DNA of 64,000 nucleotides, taken from assembly GCA_965209155.1 (NCBI GenBank), contig OZ242383.1, positions 928,001-992,000 on the forward strand, read 5' to 3'. Source of the DNA: a bacterium (GTDB lineage Bacteria > SAR324 > NAC60-12). The stretch's first letter is position 1, and every line of letters starts with the position of its first letter. Below, piece after piece: positions 39,126-50,190 of this stretch. The position numbers and the translations under genes are program-made. Under the pieces are notes generated by a model that was not told the origin of the DNA, did no database searches, and saw only the letters and a list, made by a program, of their open reading frames with translations.

Positions 39126-40133
39126 CTATTCATACCGCACCCTCGGGTCCAAATAGGGATAAATCAGGTCGATCATTAGATTTATTGCTAAAATCGCAGT
39201 GCCGAAAACCAGGTTTACTCCGGAGACCACCGGGTAGTCTCTCTCCGTGAGGGCAACCAGCAGGAGACGACCGAGGCCCGGCAGGTTGAAGATGTTCTCC
39301 ATGATCACGGCGCCCCCGACCAGGATCGGCAACTGCAGACCGATCAGGGTCACCACCGGGATGAGGGCATTTTTGATGGTGTGTCTGATCACCACGACCC
39401 GCTCCTTGAGCCCCTTGGACCAGGCCGTCCGGATATAGTCCTGCCTGAGCACCTCCAGCATCATGGTGCGCGTCATCCGCATGGTCTCGCAAGAAGCGGC
39501 CGTCCCCAGAATCAGGCTGGGAATGAATAACCCCTTGAGACTTCCCAGTGGGTCTTCGGTGAAAGGAATGTATACCAGAGGGGGCGCCCAGCCCCACCAG
39601 ATTGCCGGGAAGATCATGACCATAAGTGCCAGCCAGAAGTTAGGCGTTGCCAGGCCGATGATGGCGGCGGTGCGCCCAGCGTAGTCGGCGGCCGTATCCT
39701 GGCGAATCGCCGAGTAGATGCCGACAGGCAGGGCTATCAGCAGCCCGATTACGATTGCCATGACGCCAAGCTCAAGGGTGACCGGCAGTCTATCTATTAT
39801 CTGCTCCTCCACCGCCCCCCGGCCAATCAGTGATTCGCCAAGGGTGCCCTGGAGGAGACCGTTGAAACGCGACTCCATGCTAAACGGGTCAGGGGTCGGC
39901 AACACTCCTAGCCAGCGTCCATACTGCACGGGCACGGGCACGTCTAATCCCAGCATACGCTTAAGAGCTTCACGGTCAATCTCGAATGCCAGCACCCCCT
40001 CCGCTTCCATCTTAGCCACCATGGCGTCTATCATATCGCCGGGGATGAAGCGGACCGAGAGAAAGACTATGATGGTCAATATCCATAAGGTGGGAATTAT
40101 CAGCAATAACCGCCTGATGATATAGGCTTTCAT
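39126..40133 (-). CDS. oppB: Opp/Dpp permease (OppB-like), cluster 2
   Basis: IPGD, DYIRTAWSKGL, IFNLPGLG, DPRVRY. Confidence 0.9.
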   Translation of the reverse strand: MKAYIIRRLLLIIPTLWILTIIVFLSVRFIPGDMIDAMVAKMEAEGVLAFEIDREALKRMLGLDVPVPVQYGRWLGVLPTPDPFSMESRFNGLLQGTLGESLIGRGAVEEQIIDRLPVTLELGVMAIVIGLLIALPVGIYSAIRQDTAADYAGRTAAIIGLATPNFWLALMVMIFPAIWWGWAPPLVYIPFTEDPLGSLKGLFIPSLILGTAASCETMRMTRTMMLEVLRQDYIRTAWSKGLKERVVVIRHTIKNALIPVVTLIGLQLPILVGGAVIMENIFNLPGLGRLLLVALTERDYPVVSGVNLVFGTAILAINLMIDLIYPYLDPRVRYE

Positions 40134-40138
40134 AAACC

Positions 40139-41950
40139 CTAATGCCCCATTGCTTCCTTCAGCTCACTATCAATCCAGAGGCGGGCTAAGAATGACTGGG
40201 TTTCACCCATTCCTATTCTTATTTCGGCGTTATAACCTTTGACCCACGGCTGCCAAGCTTGGAACTGTGGGGTTTCGACCCCATATACGAATGAGTGCTT
40301 GGCTGTCGTGTACATAATTGCCTCTTTGCCCAGCCTATTCTGCTCCTCAAGGGTGGTAACGGCGTTTGCTTTGTCCCACAGGGCGTCATATTCGGGGTCT
40401 TTCAGGGACCAGTGCTGGCCGGAATCTGAATGAAACGACCACAGATGATCGGGGAGCCTATACCTGATGGCCACCGACGCGGATGTCATTCTGTAGGTAT
40501 CCTGATCTCCTTTTGTGGCCCCCACAATTGTCGGCCAATCCATACCAGCGTCTATCTCGATCACCACGCCAATCTGACGCCAGTATCCCGCGACCAGTTC
40601 TGCATAGCTCGGATCGAACCGTTCATAGTAGGCCATGCGGGTCTTGAATCTAATGCCGTCCGCGCCGCGGGTAAGCCCAGCCGCATCAAGCAACGCTTCT
40701 GCACCTTCCGGGTCATAGGTATAGCCTTTCTTCACCTCTTCGGGCCACTCCTCAAATGGCGTGCCAAACGGCATATCATTGGCTATATATCCCTGCGGAG
40801 TCGCATTGCCATAACCCTTATAGAAGGTATTCACAATGGTCTCGCGGTCCACTGCCATATTCATTGCCTGGCGCACCCGGATGTCATTCCAGGGCGGTCT
40901 GTGCACACCGACGAAAACGAAACTCTGGTCGGACCGATACGTAATAGGCCCCAGCTCAATTTCGGGGTCGGTCCGCTGGAGGCTCTCTATCTGGTCGATC
41001 GACCTTAATTGAGAGTCGCCGACAGTCCCCAGCATATCAATCGTACCCGTGCGCAGTGCCGCCAGACGGGTTGCCTCATCTGGCATGAACAAGGTTATTA
41101 CCTTGTCAACATAGGGCAAGCGGTTCTCCGGGTATTTTTCGTCGTAGGCCCAGTAGTCAGGATTTTTGGTCCAGGTCCTAGTGCTGTCTTCGACCAGCTC
41201 CGTCAGCTCATAGGGTCCGGTGCCGACCGTGTTCCGCCAATCCTTATAGTCGCCGTGTTGCTCGATGACCTCCGGAGGGTAGATCACAGCAACCCAGTGA
41301 ACCAGGAGATTTAGCAGGGCACGAAGGTCTGGCTCCTTCAGCTTAAAAACAACCGTATATTTGTCGGTGGCCGTTATCGACTCGAAATTGTCTGGCTTCA
41401 ACCCACCTACCACTGGGCTAGGGCCGGCTTCACTGAACTTGCCCAGCCCCAATAAACGATGCCAGTTATATTCGACATCCCTGGCCGTCAATGCTCTCCC
41501 GTTCACCGGTGCCTTGTCGTGCCAGTTAACGCCCTTTCGGATGTTGAAGATAATGGTTGTATCGTCGGGCGTTTCCCAGCTTTCCGCCAGTGCCCCTTTC
41601 CGGGAAGGTGGAGGTGGGTCTGCAAAGTACCGCCAGTCCCATACGTCCCTATCTATTCCCCAGTTCCCGATGCCGAGCATCTCATTAACCAAACCGATGT
41701 TATGGGTCGCCCAGCCAGAAATGTACCAGACATCAGAATGCGCAGCCCAACTGACCCGGCCATAGGTTATTGTCCCGCCATACTCAGGTGCACTCACCAT
41801 TTTACCAGTGGTCGGATCTTTGACCATCTTTTTCTCAGCCGCAATGGCCAAACCGACCCCGAGGGCGGCCACCATCAGGGTGAGGGACAGCAGGATTGCA
41901 CTGAAGGTTGATTTGCTGTTTAGATTAAACATTGCGATTTTCGATTTCAT
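40139..41950 (-). CDS. oppA: Family 5 substrate-binding protein, cluster 2
   Basis: Start MKSKI after GGAG; PEYGG, LAESWE, GTGPY, DIRVRQA. Confidence 0.9.
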   Translation of the reverse strand: MKSKIAMFNLNSKSTFSAILLSLTLMVAALGVGLAIAAEKKMVKDPTTGKMVSAPEYGGTITYGRVSWAAHSDVWYISGWATHNIGLVNEMLGIGNWGIDRDVWDWRYFADPPPPSRKGALAESWETPDDTTIIFNIRKGVNWHDKAPVNGRALTARDVEYNWHRLLGLGKFSEAGPSPVVGGLKPDNFESITATDKYTVVFKLKEPDLRALLNLLVHWVAVIYPPEVIEQHGDYKDWRNTVGTGPYELTELVEDSTRTWTKNPDYWAYDEKYPENRLPYVDKVITLFMPDEATRLAALRTGTIDMLGTVGDSQLRSIDQIESLQRTDPEIELGPITYRSDQSFVFVGVHRPPWNDIRVRQAMNMAVDRETIVNTFYKGYGNATPQGYIANDMPFGTPFEEWPEEVKKGYTYDPEGAEALLDAAGLTRGADGIRFKTRMAYYERFDPSYAELVAGYWRQIGVVIEIDAGMDWPTIVGATKGDQDTYRMTSASVAIRYRLPDHLWSFHSDSGQHWSLKDPEYDALWDKANAVTTLEEQNRLGKEAIMYTTAKHSFVYGVETPQFQAWQPWVKGYNAEIRIGMGETQSFLARLWIDSELKEAMGH

Positions 41951-42051
41951 AAGATTCTCCTTAAATGAATGAATAAAGGTTGAGTTGATCTCATACCACT
42001 TAAAGGGCATTGCCCCTTGCCCCGCGTTTTTCGGCAGGTTGAGTTTTATGC

Positions 42052-42254
42052 TTCAAGCAGTGTGCCAAATTTGAGGATATTCAGTTAACTTATTGTAATT
42101 ATTAACTAATTTTGACAAGTGGAGGTTTTTGTATGTGAAGCAGATGTTCAATTATGTTAATTTAAGCCGGGAGGAAATAGTAGTTAACCCACTGATATTA
42201 AAGATTTATAGATCAAAATCCAGAACTTGAAACAAATGTTTAATATTTTGAACA
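42052..42254 (-). promoter_or_regulatory. Second sigma54 promoter/IHF/enhancer module
   Basis: TTGGCACACTGCTTGAA at 42052-42068; TGTT-N10-AACA at 42237-42254, degenerate site at 42145; IHF-like site at 42185-42197; all offset 31710 bp from module 1. Confidence 0.75.
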
Positions 42255-42270
42255 CTATTAAACTCTATTA

Positions 42271-45200
42271 TTAAGTTCCTATAATGATCCTAATTCCGTA
42301 CTTTTTCATTTTGTTGAAGAGGGTGGTCCGGGAGATTCCCAGGGCAGCAGCGGTTTTTATCTTGTGACCCTGGGAATTTTTCAGGGCAATGAGAATCGTC
42401 GCTTTTTCACTATCCGCAACGGCTTGCGCCATTTTCCCGTGGTTGATCTTATCTCCAAAAATTGAAGTTTCGCTGATTTTAGAATTTATCCGTTTCCCCA
42501 GAAAATCGACCTCTCCCAGAGTGACATAGCGATTCAGGGTGTTTTGCAACTCCCGGACATTGCCCGGCCAATCGTAGGCTTGCAGGGCTTGCAGAAATCC
42601 TGGTGTGATGGGCTTTCCTTGTTGAAGCGGTGCCATGGATTTCAAAAAATGCTCGACCAGCAGGGGGATATCCTCTTTTCTTTCCCGGAGCGGGGGCAGG
42701 CGAATGGGAAGGACATGAATCCGGTAATAGAAATCTTCTCGAATTTGCCCCGTCTTTACCCGGTGACTCAGGTCCTGGTTTGAAGCCGCGATGAACCGGA
42801 TATCGGGCTTGATGACCTCGGTGGTGCCAACCGGGGTAAAGCCATTGCCCTCCAGGACACGAAGCAGTTTAACCTGCAGGTTCAGCCCGATATCGGCCAG
42901 TTCATCCAAGAACAAAGTCCCTTTGTCGGTCAGGTGCAGGAAACCGCGCTGATCGCTGTCGGCCCCGGTGAAAGCGCCTTTTTTGTGTCCAAAGAACTCG
43001 CTCTCGATCAGGTTTTCGGAGATGGCCCCGAGGTTCACCGGGAAAAACACTTGCTCCTTGCGGTCACTGGCCTCGTGAATGGCGCGGGAGACCAGTTCTT
43101 TCCCGGTTCCCGATTCGCCGTAGAGGATCACGTTCGCATCGGTGGTCGCCGCTTGTAAAATCAGCTCGTATACCCGTTGCATGGGCTCGCTTTTTCCGAT
43201 AATGTCGCCAAACCGAAAGCGGTCTTTGGTGCGGGCTCGCAGGTGGACATTCTCCTCGCGTGGGGAGGTTTCGCTCGCTTTCAGCTCGTCCAGCGCCTTT
43301 TTGAGGTTTTCGTGAAGCCTGGCGTTTTCCAGGGAAATGGCAATCTGGGAGCTAAGGTGCTTGATCACCTCGAGTCGCCGGGGGGGGGAAGGCCCCCTCA
43401 ACCAGGTTATTTTCCAGGTAAATGATGCCGGTCAAAGATGACTGATGAGTGATCGGTGCGCACAGGATCGATTTGGGACGCTCCCTCCGGATATAGTCAT
43501 CTTCGGCAAACCGTTCTTCCCGAGAGGCGTTGTCCAAAACCAGGTGTTCCCGGGTTTGTTTCACCCAGGAAATGACCGAGAGGGAGAGGGAGAAAGCCTT
43601 TTCCACAGGCAGGGAAAGCGGTAGAAAACATTCGACCTGCTCGGCGCTCCCGCGGGCAGCAATGAGAGACTGACCTTCGGTTTCCAGTATCAGGGCTGCT
43701 GTCTGGGCTCCGGCATTTTCCATGAGAATGCGGAGCAGGATCTCCAGCAGTGGTTCCAACTCAAGGGTACTGGAGATGGTCTCCGAGGCTTTGAGAATCG
43801 TCCCTAGGTCCAGGTTTGTAGAAGGAGACGTCGCTTCAGCACGATCATCGGCAATCAACCCGGGATATCGAGACTTCAGATGCGCGACCTTCCGTTTTGC
43901 TCCCCAGGCCTCGTACCTCTCCAATGCTGAGCGCAGGTAAGACCTGGCGTCGTTGTTTTGCCCCTGGTTGAGCAAGTACCTGGCTGCCAGTTCATTGGCC
44001 AGAGCTTCCTCGTGGATAAATTCGTTCTCTCTGGCCAAAGCGATGGCCTGGTCATAATGGGACAGAATCGCGTCGCTTTGACCCTCCAAAACCCTCATCC
44101 GTTCGGCTTCCACCAGGTGGTATTTATGTAAATAATTGGGTGGTGCGCAGCGCGCTAGTTTCTCCAATGTATCCTGATTGTCATGGACCTGGGTGAGGAT
44201 CTCCTCCTTTTCCCCCTCGCTCCCCTGGTCGTAAAGCGCGAGGAGAGCGAGGGACAGGTAGCAGTTGGCCAGGGGATCAACAAGGGCATCCTTGTAGGTT
44301 TTCATCAGGTTGATCATTTCAAAAACCGTCTCCCGCGCTGCTTCGTATTCTCCAAACAGGGTTTGCAGCACCAGCTTTTGGTAATTAAAACTGCTCTGTT
44401 CATGAGGTTGGTACTCTGTACCCCTCCCCCTATCGTATTGATCCATGATGCCGGTTGACAGGGTCGAAGGTTCCTCCATTAGAATCATGACCGCCTTCGT
44501 CAGCATTTCGGTCTTGGAAAACCCGATAATATAATCGATCTTCTTGAGAGCAACCTTCAACGTCGACAATTCCCCTTTCAGCCAATTCAGCTCTTTCCCG
44601 CACATAAACGCTAACTGACACCTTGCGAGGGCGTTAGCACCGGCATTGTAGAAATCTCCCGTCTCGATTCCCATCTTATGAGCTTCCAGCAAGGGATCCA
44701 ATGACGCCGATAGCGGCTCCCTGTAGATCCGAATCCCGACGTTGAAACCTCCGGAAACTCTACAGTTTATTTCCTTCAGATCAAGCGCTTCCATGAGCTG
44801 TATGCCCAGGCGACCGAGTTCATAACCAAATTCAAAATCCTGAATATACACGCAATAGATCATTCCAAGGAGACAATAGAATTCGGGTGATTGTTTCGGA
44901 TGAAAATGACTGAGCAGCAACGAGATGCGTTTTGAAGCGATGGGCTGCCAAAGACCGTCATCCAAAGTAACCCCAGCCTCGCTATATGGCAAATGGAGCT
45001 CATATAGAATATGGACTAGGACCTTGGAAAGCGGTTGGGTGAGCGGCTCAAACTGCATCACTTCTTCAGCGCTTTTACCGGCCAGGCTGGATTTGATTTG
45101 AACGAGGGTCTGCTGCCACTGGCCGGGAGACAGACGGCTCAGTTGACACCCCAATTTCTCCAGAATTTCCTCGCCCGTTTTCAGGGCCTTCTTTAATTCA

Positions 45201-48200
45201 CCCTGGTTGGTGTACGCCTTGATCAGGCATTGATAAACATTGGCCAGGTCCAGGTCCTCCCGGACGTTTTCTTTTACGCCACCCGCCAGCTTCTCCATCA
45301 GGTCAAACTGGCCACAGAGCCATGACATCTCCGTGGCTTCCTCATGCAGGGATAAGGCCAGGGGGTATTGTCGTTTCCAGGCGGTGGCTCCTGAAAGCTC
45401 CAGACCTATGGTAAAGTATTCCAGGGCCTGTTCAAAAGCCGAAGCCGCCCTGGCCTGACGACCGGCTTCCAGGTTGAGTTCTGCCAGGTGCGATCGTTCT
45501 TTCCATTTATCCTTCACCCTCCGGGCCAGGTTAAGATGATGGACGATGTCAAAAAGCAGAGCATCATTTTTTCCGAGAGCGTATTGTTTGAGCAGGGTCT
45601 GACCGATTTGAAGATGGACTGACTGTTTCTCCTTTTGTGCAATGAGGGCATAGGCAGCCTGCTGCACCCGGTCATGCAGGAATTTATAGCTATCGCTCTC
45701 CGTGCTCGCTCCGTCGGTCGGATTATCCAGCTGCGGGACCCGGGAAAAACCGAGGATTAACCCGTTTGCAAGGGCCGGCAACAGGTTCTCATCGATCTCC
45801 CCGCTTCCTTCTCCGCTGATCAGCTCCAAGGATTCCAGGTCAAAAGTATTGCCGATGCAGGCCGCCAGGCTTAAGAGTCGCCTGGTTTCAGCGGAAAACC
45901 GGTGGAGCCGGTCAATCAGCAACGCCACCACATTATCGGTCACCGCCAGGAACTCGATGGCAGCCAGGTCCCAAATCCATCGTTTTTCCTCAGGGGAGTA
46001 GCGGATCAGGTCCTTCTCGGAGAGTACGGTTAAAAACTGGCCCACAAAGAAGGGATTGCCGCCGGTTTTGCGCACCAGGACCTCTGCCAGCGGGTTTGCC
46101 TCCTCAGGACGGCAGTGGCAGGTATGGACGAGCAGTTGTGAGATGTTCTCCGGATTTAAGGGCTTTAAGGGGATCGTTTGGACAGGCAGGCCTGTTCTTT
46201 TGATCACCTCACAACTGATCGTCAACCGGTGGCCGATATCCACCTTGTTGTCGCGATAGGCCCCCAGGAAAAGCAGAGGTTTCCTCTCCGGATCCTGAGC
46301 AATGCGTTCCACCAGCTTGAGGGTATCGGCGTCCACCCACTGCAAGTCGTCCAGAAAAATAACCAGGGGATGGGTTTTTTCACAGAAAACAGAGATGAAA
46401 TCCAGTAAAACGGCAGTGAAGCGGTTCCGGGACTCCAGCGCTCCCATTTCCGGCAGCGGGGGTTGCGGGCCGATCATCTGTTCCAGTTCCGGAATCACCC
46501 GGGTTATCAGTTGTCCGTTGGGTCCCAGGGCAGCCCGTATCCTGCTTTTCCAACGCTCCATTCCGGATTTCTTTTCGACTGATATCTCCCGGGTGAGTCC
46601 CCGCAGCGCCTGGATCAGGGCGCTGTAGGGGATATTGTGCCGGAGCTGGTCAAACTTGCCGGAGATGAAGAAGCCGTTTTTTTGGGCAACGGACCGGTGA
46701 ATTTCACCGACCAGAGCGGTTTTGCCGACACCAGCGCTTCCCGAGATCAGCACTATCTCGGTCGCTCCCTGGCTGACTCGCTCCAGGGCGGCCTCCAGAG
46801 CGGTGATTTCTTCCTCCCGGCCGTAAAGCCCCGGGGCGATCTGCAATTCTTTGGGAACGTCCTGGCGTCCCAGGGAAAAGTCGGACACGTTTCCATTTTT
46901 TTCCAGTTGCTCCAGACATGCCAGGAGGTCGGCTGAAAGCCCTGAGTGACTCTGGTAGCGGGCTTCGGCGCGCTTTGCCATCAGTTTCATCACCAAGCGG
47001 GAAAGGACTCTGGGTACTTGCGGTTCAATCTCGTCAAGGGGCAGGGGCTGCCGGGCAATGTGAGCGTGGATGATTTCCATGGCCTCCCGGGAGTGGAAAG
47101 GCACTCTCCCGCTGAAAAGTTCATAAAGGGTGGCGCCCAGGGAATAAAAATCACTGCGATAATCGAGCACCCGGTTTATCCGGCCGGTCTGCTCGGGGGA
47201 GATATAGGGCAGGGTTTCCCCGCTTAGCCGGGGACTCAACGTCGTCAAATTTTCCTTAGGCAACCGGGTGGTCAGGCCGAATCCGGTCAGTTTGACCGTT
47301 CCCGATGCCGGATCGACAAAAATATTGAACGGATTGATCATTTTATGCAGGAGGCCCTGCCGGTGTACTTCTTTCAGGGTGCTAGTCAGTGAAACCGCTA
47401 CCTTCAGCGAGTCCAGCAGGTCGAGCCGGGCTGAATCCATCAACTTTCTTAAAGGAAGCGCATCAGTGTTTTCCAGGATCAAGACCGATCCGTTTTCATA
47501 TTGCACCACTTCCTCTGCCCTGAGGACCTCATCAATCTCCAGAGCCTGAGTGATCTCATACTCATGCCGCATTTCCGCCAACTCCTGCGCGCTCTGATCA
47601 GAGGAAGCCGCTCCCTTGATCAGGACCAAAAACCCGTCCCTTTGCCGCTTGCCGCGCCAAAGCCAGGTCCGCCCACTTTCAAAAATGACCTCCTCCAGCG
47701 AATAACCCGGAATCTCCGGTTTTTTTTGATCAGAAATCGTCTGCTCTTTTATTGGCCTGGGTGGCGTTTCCTTTCCCGGTCCGGTAGAGATTTCTTCACT
47801 GGACCTTTCAGGCATTTTGAAACTTTTCAGCAGATCCCCCATAAAACCCTGATTCTTTTCGATTTCGTGAATTTTTCCCAGCATTCTCCGGGCGGTATAG
47901 TAATTTAATCCGATTTTTTCTGATAATTGTTGAGCCGTCGTCTCGCCATTGCATGCCGCCACATAATAAATCCCCCAAAACCAGTAACGCAGTGGAGTCC
48001 GCGTCCGGTGCATCAGAGTTCCTGCGTTGAGCGAAGTCTGGTGTTTACAGTTTCTGCATTGCAGTATTTGACGTTTTTTCAGGGCATCGTATCGGTGACT
48101 ACCACAGAGGGAGCACACATAACCGGCTGGCCAACGCAGGTGGAAAAGGTGATTGCGACAGACTTCATCGTTCGAAAACAGCTTTTGGATCTCGTGAAAG

Positions 48201-48241
48201 GCATGAGCTTGAGTTGTTTCATCCACTTGGCGCTCCCACAT
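42271..48241 (-). CDS. Giant sigma54-dependent activator 2 with IS1595-derived N-terminus; +1 frameshift in a C9 tract separates the sensor part (43352-48241) from the activator part (42271-43401)
   Basis: Colinear paralogue of 10904-17026; N-terminal LRWPAGYVCSLCG..CRNCKHQTSLNAGT zinc ribbon; G9 at 43380-43388 where G8 restores the frame. Confidence 0.85.
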
Positions 48242-48325
48242 CTAAAATGGTTTAATGAACACTCAGGGATGGGCTTGAGCTAATTCATCCACTTGGCGTT
48301 CCCACATCTAAGATGGTTTAATGAA
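48199..48325. repeat. Diverged tandem duplication (period 66 bp) of the activator-2 start
   Basis: TTCATCCACTTGGCG(C/T)TCCCACATCTAA(A/G)ATGGTTTAATGAA twice; upstream copy encodes MWERQVDELAQAHP*. Confidence 0.9.
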
Positions 48326-48802
48326 TATTTTTGATTGTAAATTTTATGTTTGTATAACCTTTCAGATGGTTGAACGCAAGAAAAATTGTACTTCCATCAC
48401 AGAAATTTCATCACTTTTAAACTTGTCGCTATTTTTTAAAAAGAATAAAGCAGTTACTGAGCGTTCGCAAATTTTGAGTCAATCCTTTTTTTAGTTAAAA
48501 TTTTTACATGACCAATTTATACGACCTTAATCCAGTGTTTTTTCCAATAGCGATTGGGATGGGATTTATTTCTAAGCGGCCTTCCGCATTGCTCCCTTTG
48601 TCCTTTACACGCCCGTTTACCGATGCTATCATCACCCTTAACGTATTCCCTGTGGAGAAAAGTCCAAAGGAAGCCTGCAGGGGTTATCCCGGAGACGGCA
48701 AACGTCAATGCTGAGTAAGTTTTCAGTTGCAAGTACCCAAGAACGTAAAAAAGATGAATCTAGCGGTGGACAGCGACTGTTTCTCCACGAGTATGGAAGA
48801 TT

Positions 48803-50158
48803 TTGGTATCGCAAACAGCTATTTATCGAGGGAATGTCTTGAACAATTCTGGTCATCAAACACAACTACCGCAACTCTTTCTGGTTTGGAGTCTCCTGTT
48901 GGGCATGGCATTGATCTCAGTCTGCGGAGGGATGCAGGGCACCTTGTTGGGAGTCAGGGCGTCTTTGGAAGACTTTACGGTGAACTCCATCGGCCTCATC
49001 ATGTCGGCCTATTACGTCGGCTTTCTCCTGGCCGCACGGGTCGTACCCGGTTGGGTGCGAGAGGTGGGGCATATTCGCGTGTTCGCCGCCCTGGGTTCGA
49101 CCGCTTCTGTGGTTATCCTCTTGCATTCCGCCGTCATAGACCCGGCGATGTGGTTCCTATTCCGCACTTTGACGGGCATTTGCTTGTCCGGGCTGTTCAT
49201 GGTCTCGGAAAGCTGGTTGAACGCGATCACCAGCAACGACAACCGGGGTCGACTCCTTGCCGCGCACATGTTCACCGTCACATTGGGATTTATCGGCGGG
49301 CAATACCTGATAACGCTGGCGTCCCCACTGGGTTTCGAACTGTTCATCCTTGCCTCTGTCGTGCTGTCCATCTCTATCGTGCCCATGTTGCTGAGCAGGA
49401 TTTCCGCACCTTCGATTGCCTACGCGCAACACCTGGAGTTGCGCCGTTTGATCCGGCTGACTCCCTTGGGTGTCGTGGGAGTCTTCGTACAAGGCGTCAC
49501 TTTCGGAGCAGTCATTTGGTTGACCGCGGTATTCGGTCAGCAAAGCGGTTTCAGCGCTGCCGAAAGCGCCATGATGGTAGGCACCCTCATGACCGGGGGA
49601 CTGGTGCTGATGCTGCCCGTGGGCAGACTGTCGGATCGCCAGGACCGCCGTCGTACCTTGCTGATATTGTCAGGCCTCGCCACCTGCGCGAGTCTGCTGG
49701 TGCCGTTTGCCACATGGTCGGGCCAGTTCTGGCTGCTGGCTGGCCTCCTCTTCCTGGTCGGCGGGGCTGTCATGCCGTTTTATTCGGTTTCCATTTCCTT
49801 TATCAATGACCACGTGAGCAGCGATCAGATCCTTTCGGCCAGCGGCAGCATTATCTTTATCAGTGGTGTCGGCGGACTATCCGGCCCTGTGCTCGGCGCT
49901 CAAGCCATGAAATTCTTCGGCCCCGGCAGCTTGTATTATTTCGTGGCGTTGGTTTACCTGCTGATGGCCTCCTATACCTTGTATCGCATGTCGGTGCGTG
50001 CCCCTATTTCCGCCGAAGAACAATCCCAGGGCATGGTCGTCATGATGCAGACTTCACAGGTCATCGTTACGGAAGCCATGGACGAAACCGATCAGGGCGA
50101 TCCGCTGGCGCCGGAGGAAGATCATCACTTTCAAAGCGGGACAGAGCAAAAACGGTAA
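48803..50158 (+). CDS. MFS transporter (YcaD-like)
   Basis: VGHIRVFAA, ESWLN..NRGR, GRLSDRQDRR; many hydrophobic segments; start uncertain. Confidence 0.9.
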   Translation: MVSQTAIYRGNVLNNSGHQTQLPQLFLVWSLLLGMALISVCGGMQGTLLGVRASLEDFTVNSIGLIMSAYYVGFLLAARVVPGWVREVGHIRVFAALGSTASVVILLHSAVIDPAMWFLFRTLTGICLSGLFMVSESWLNAITSNDNRGRLLAAHMFTVTLGFIGGQYLITLASPLGFELFILASVVLSISIVPMLLSRISAPSIAYAQHLELRRLIRLTPLGVVGVFVQGVTFGAVIWLTAVFGQQSGFSAAESAMMVGTLMTGGLVLMLPVGRLSDRQDRRRTLLILSGLATCASLLVPFATWSGQFWLLAGLLFLVGGAVMPFYSVSISFINDHVSSDQILSASGSIIFISGVGGLSGPVLGAQAMKFFGPGSLYYFVALVYLLMASYTLYRMSVRAPISAEEQSQGMVVMMQTSQVIVTEAMDETDQGDPLAPEEDHHFQSGTEQKR

Positions 50159-50190
50159 AAAAAGGAGAGAAACACGTACGCGCTTTCGCC

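Noticed and set aside
48660..48730. tmRNA-like tag (GCAAACGTCAATGCTGAGTAA)
   Set aside because: No tRNA-like domain and no C-terminal AA tag residues
48727..49809. 360-aa ORF
   Set aside because: Alternate-frame shadow of the MFS gene; Arg/Pro-rich with no motifs
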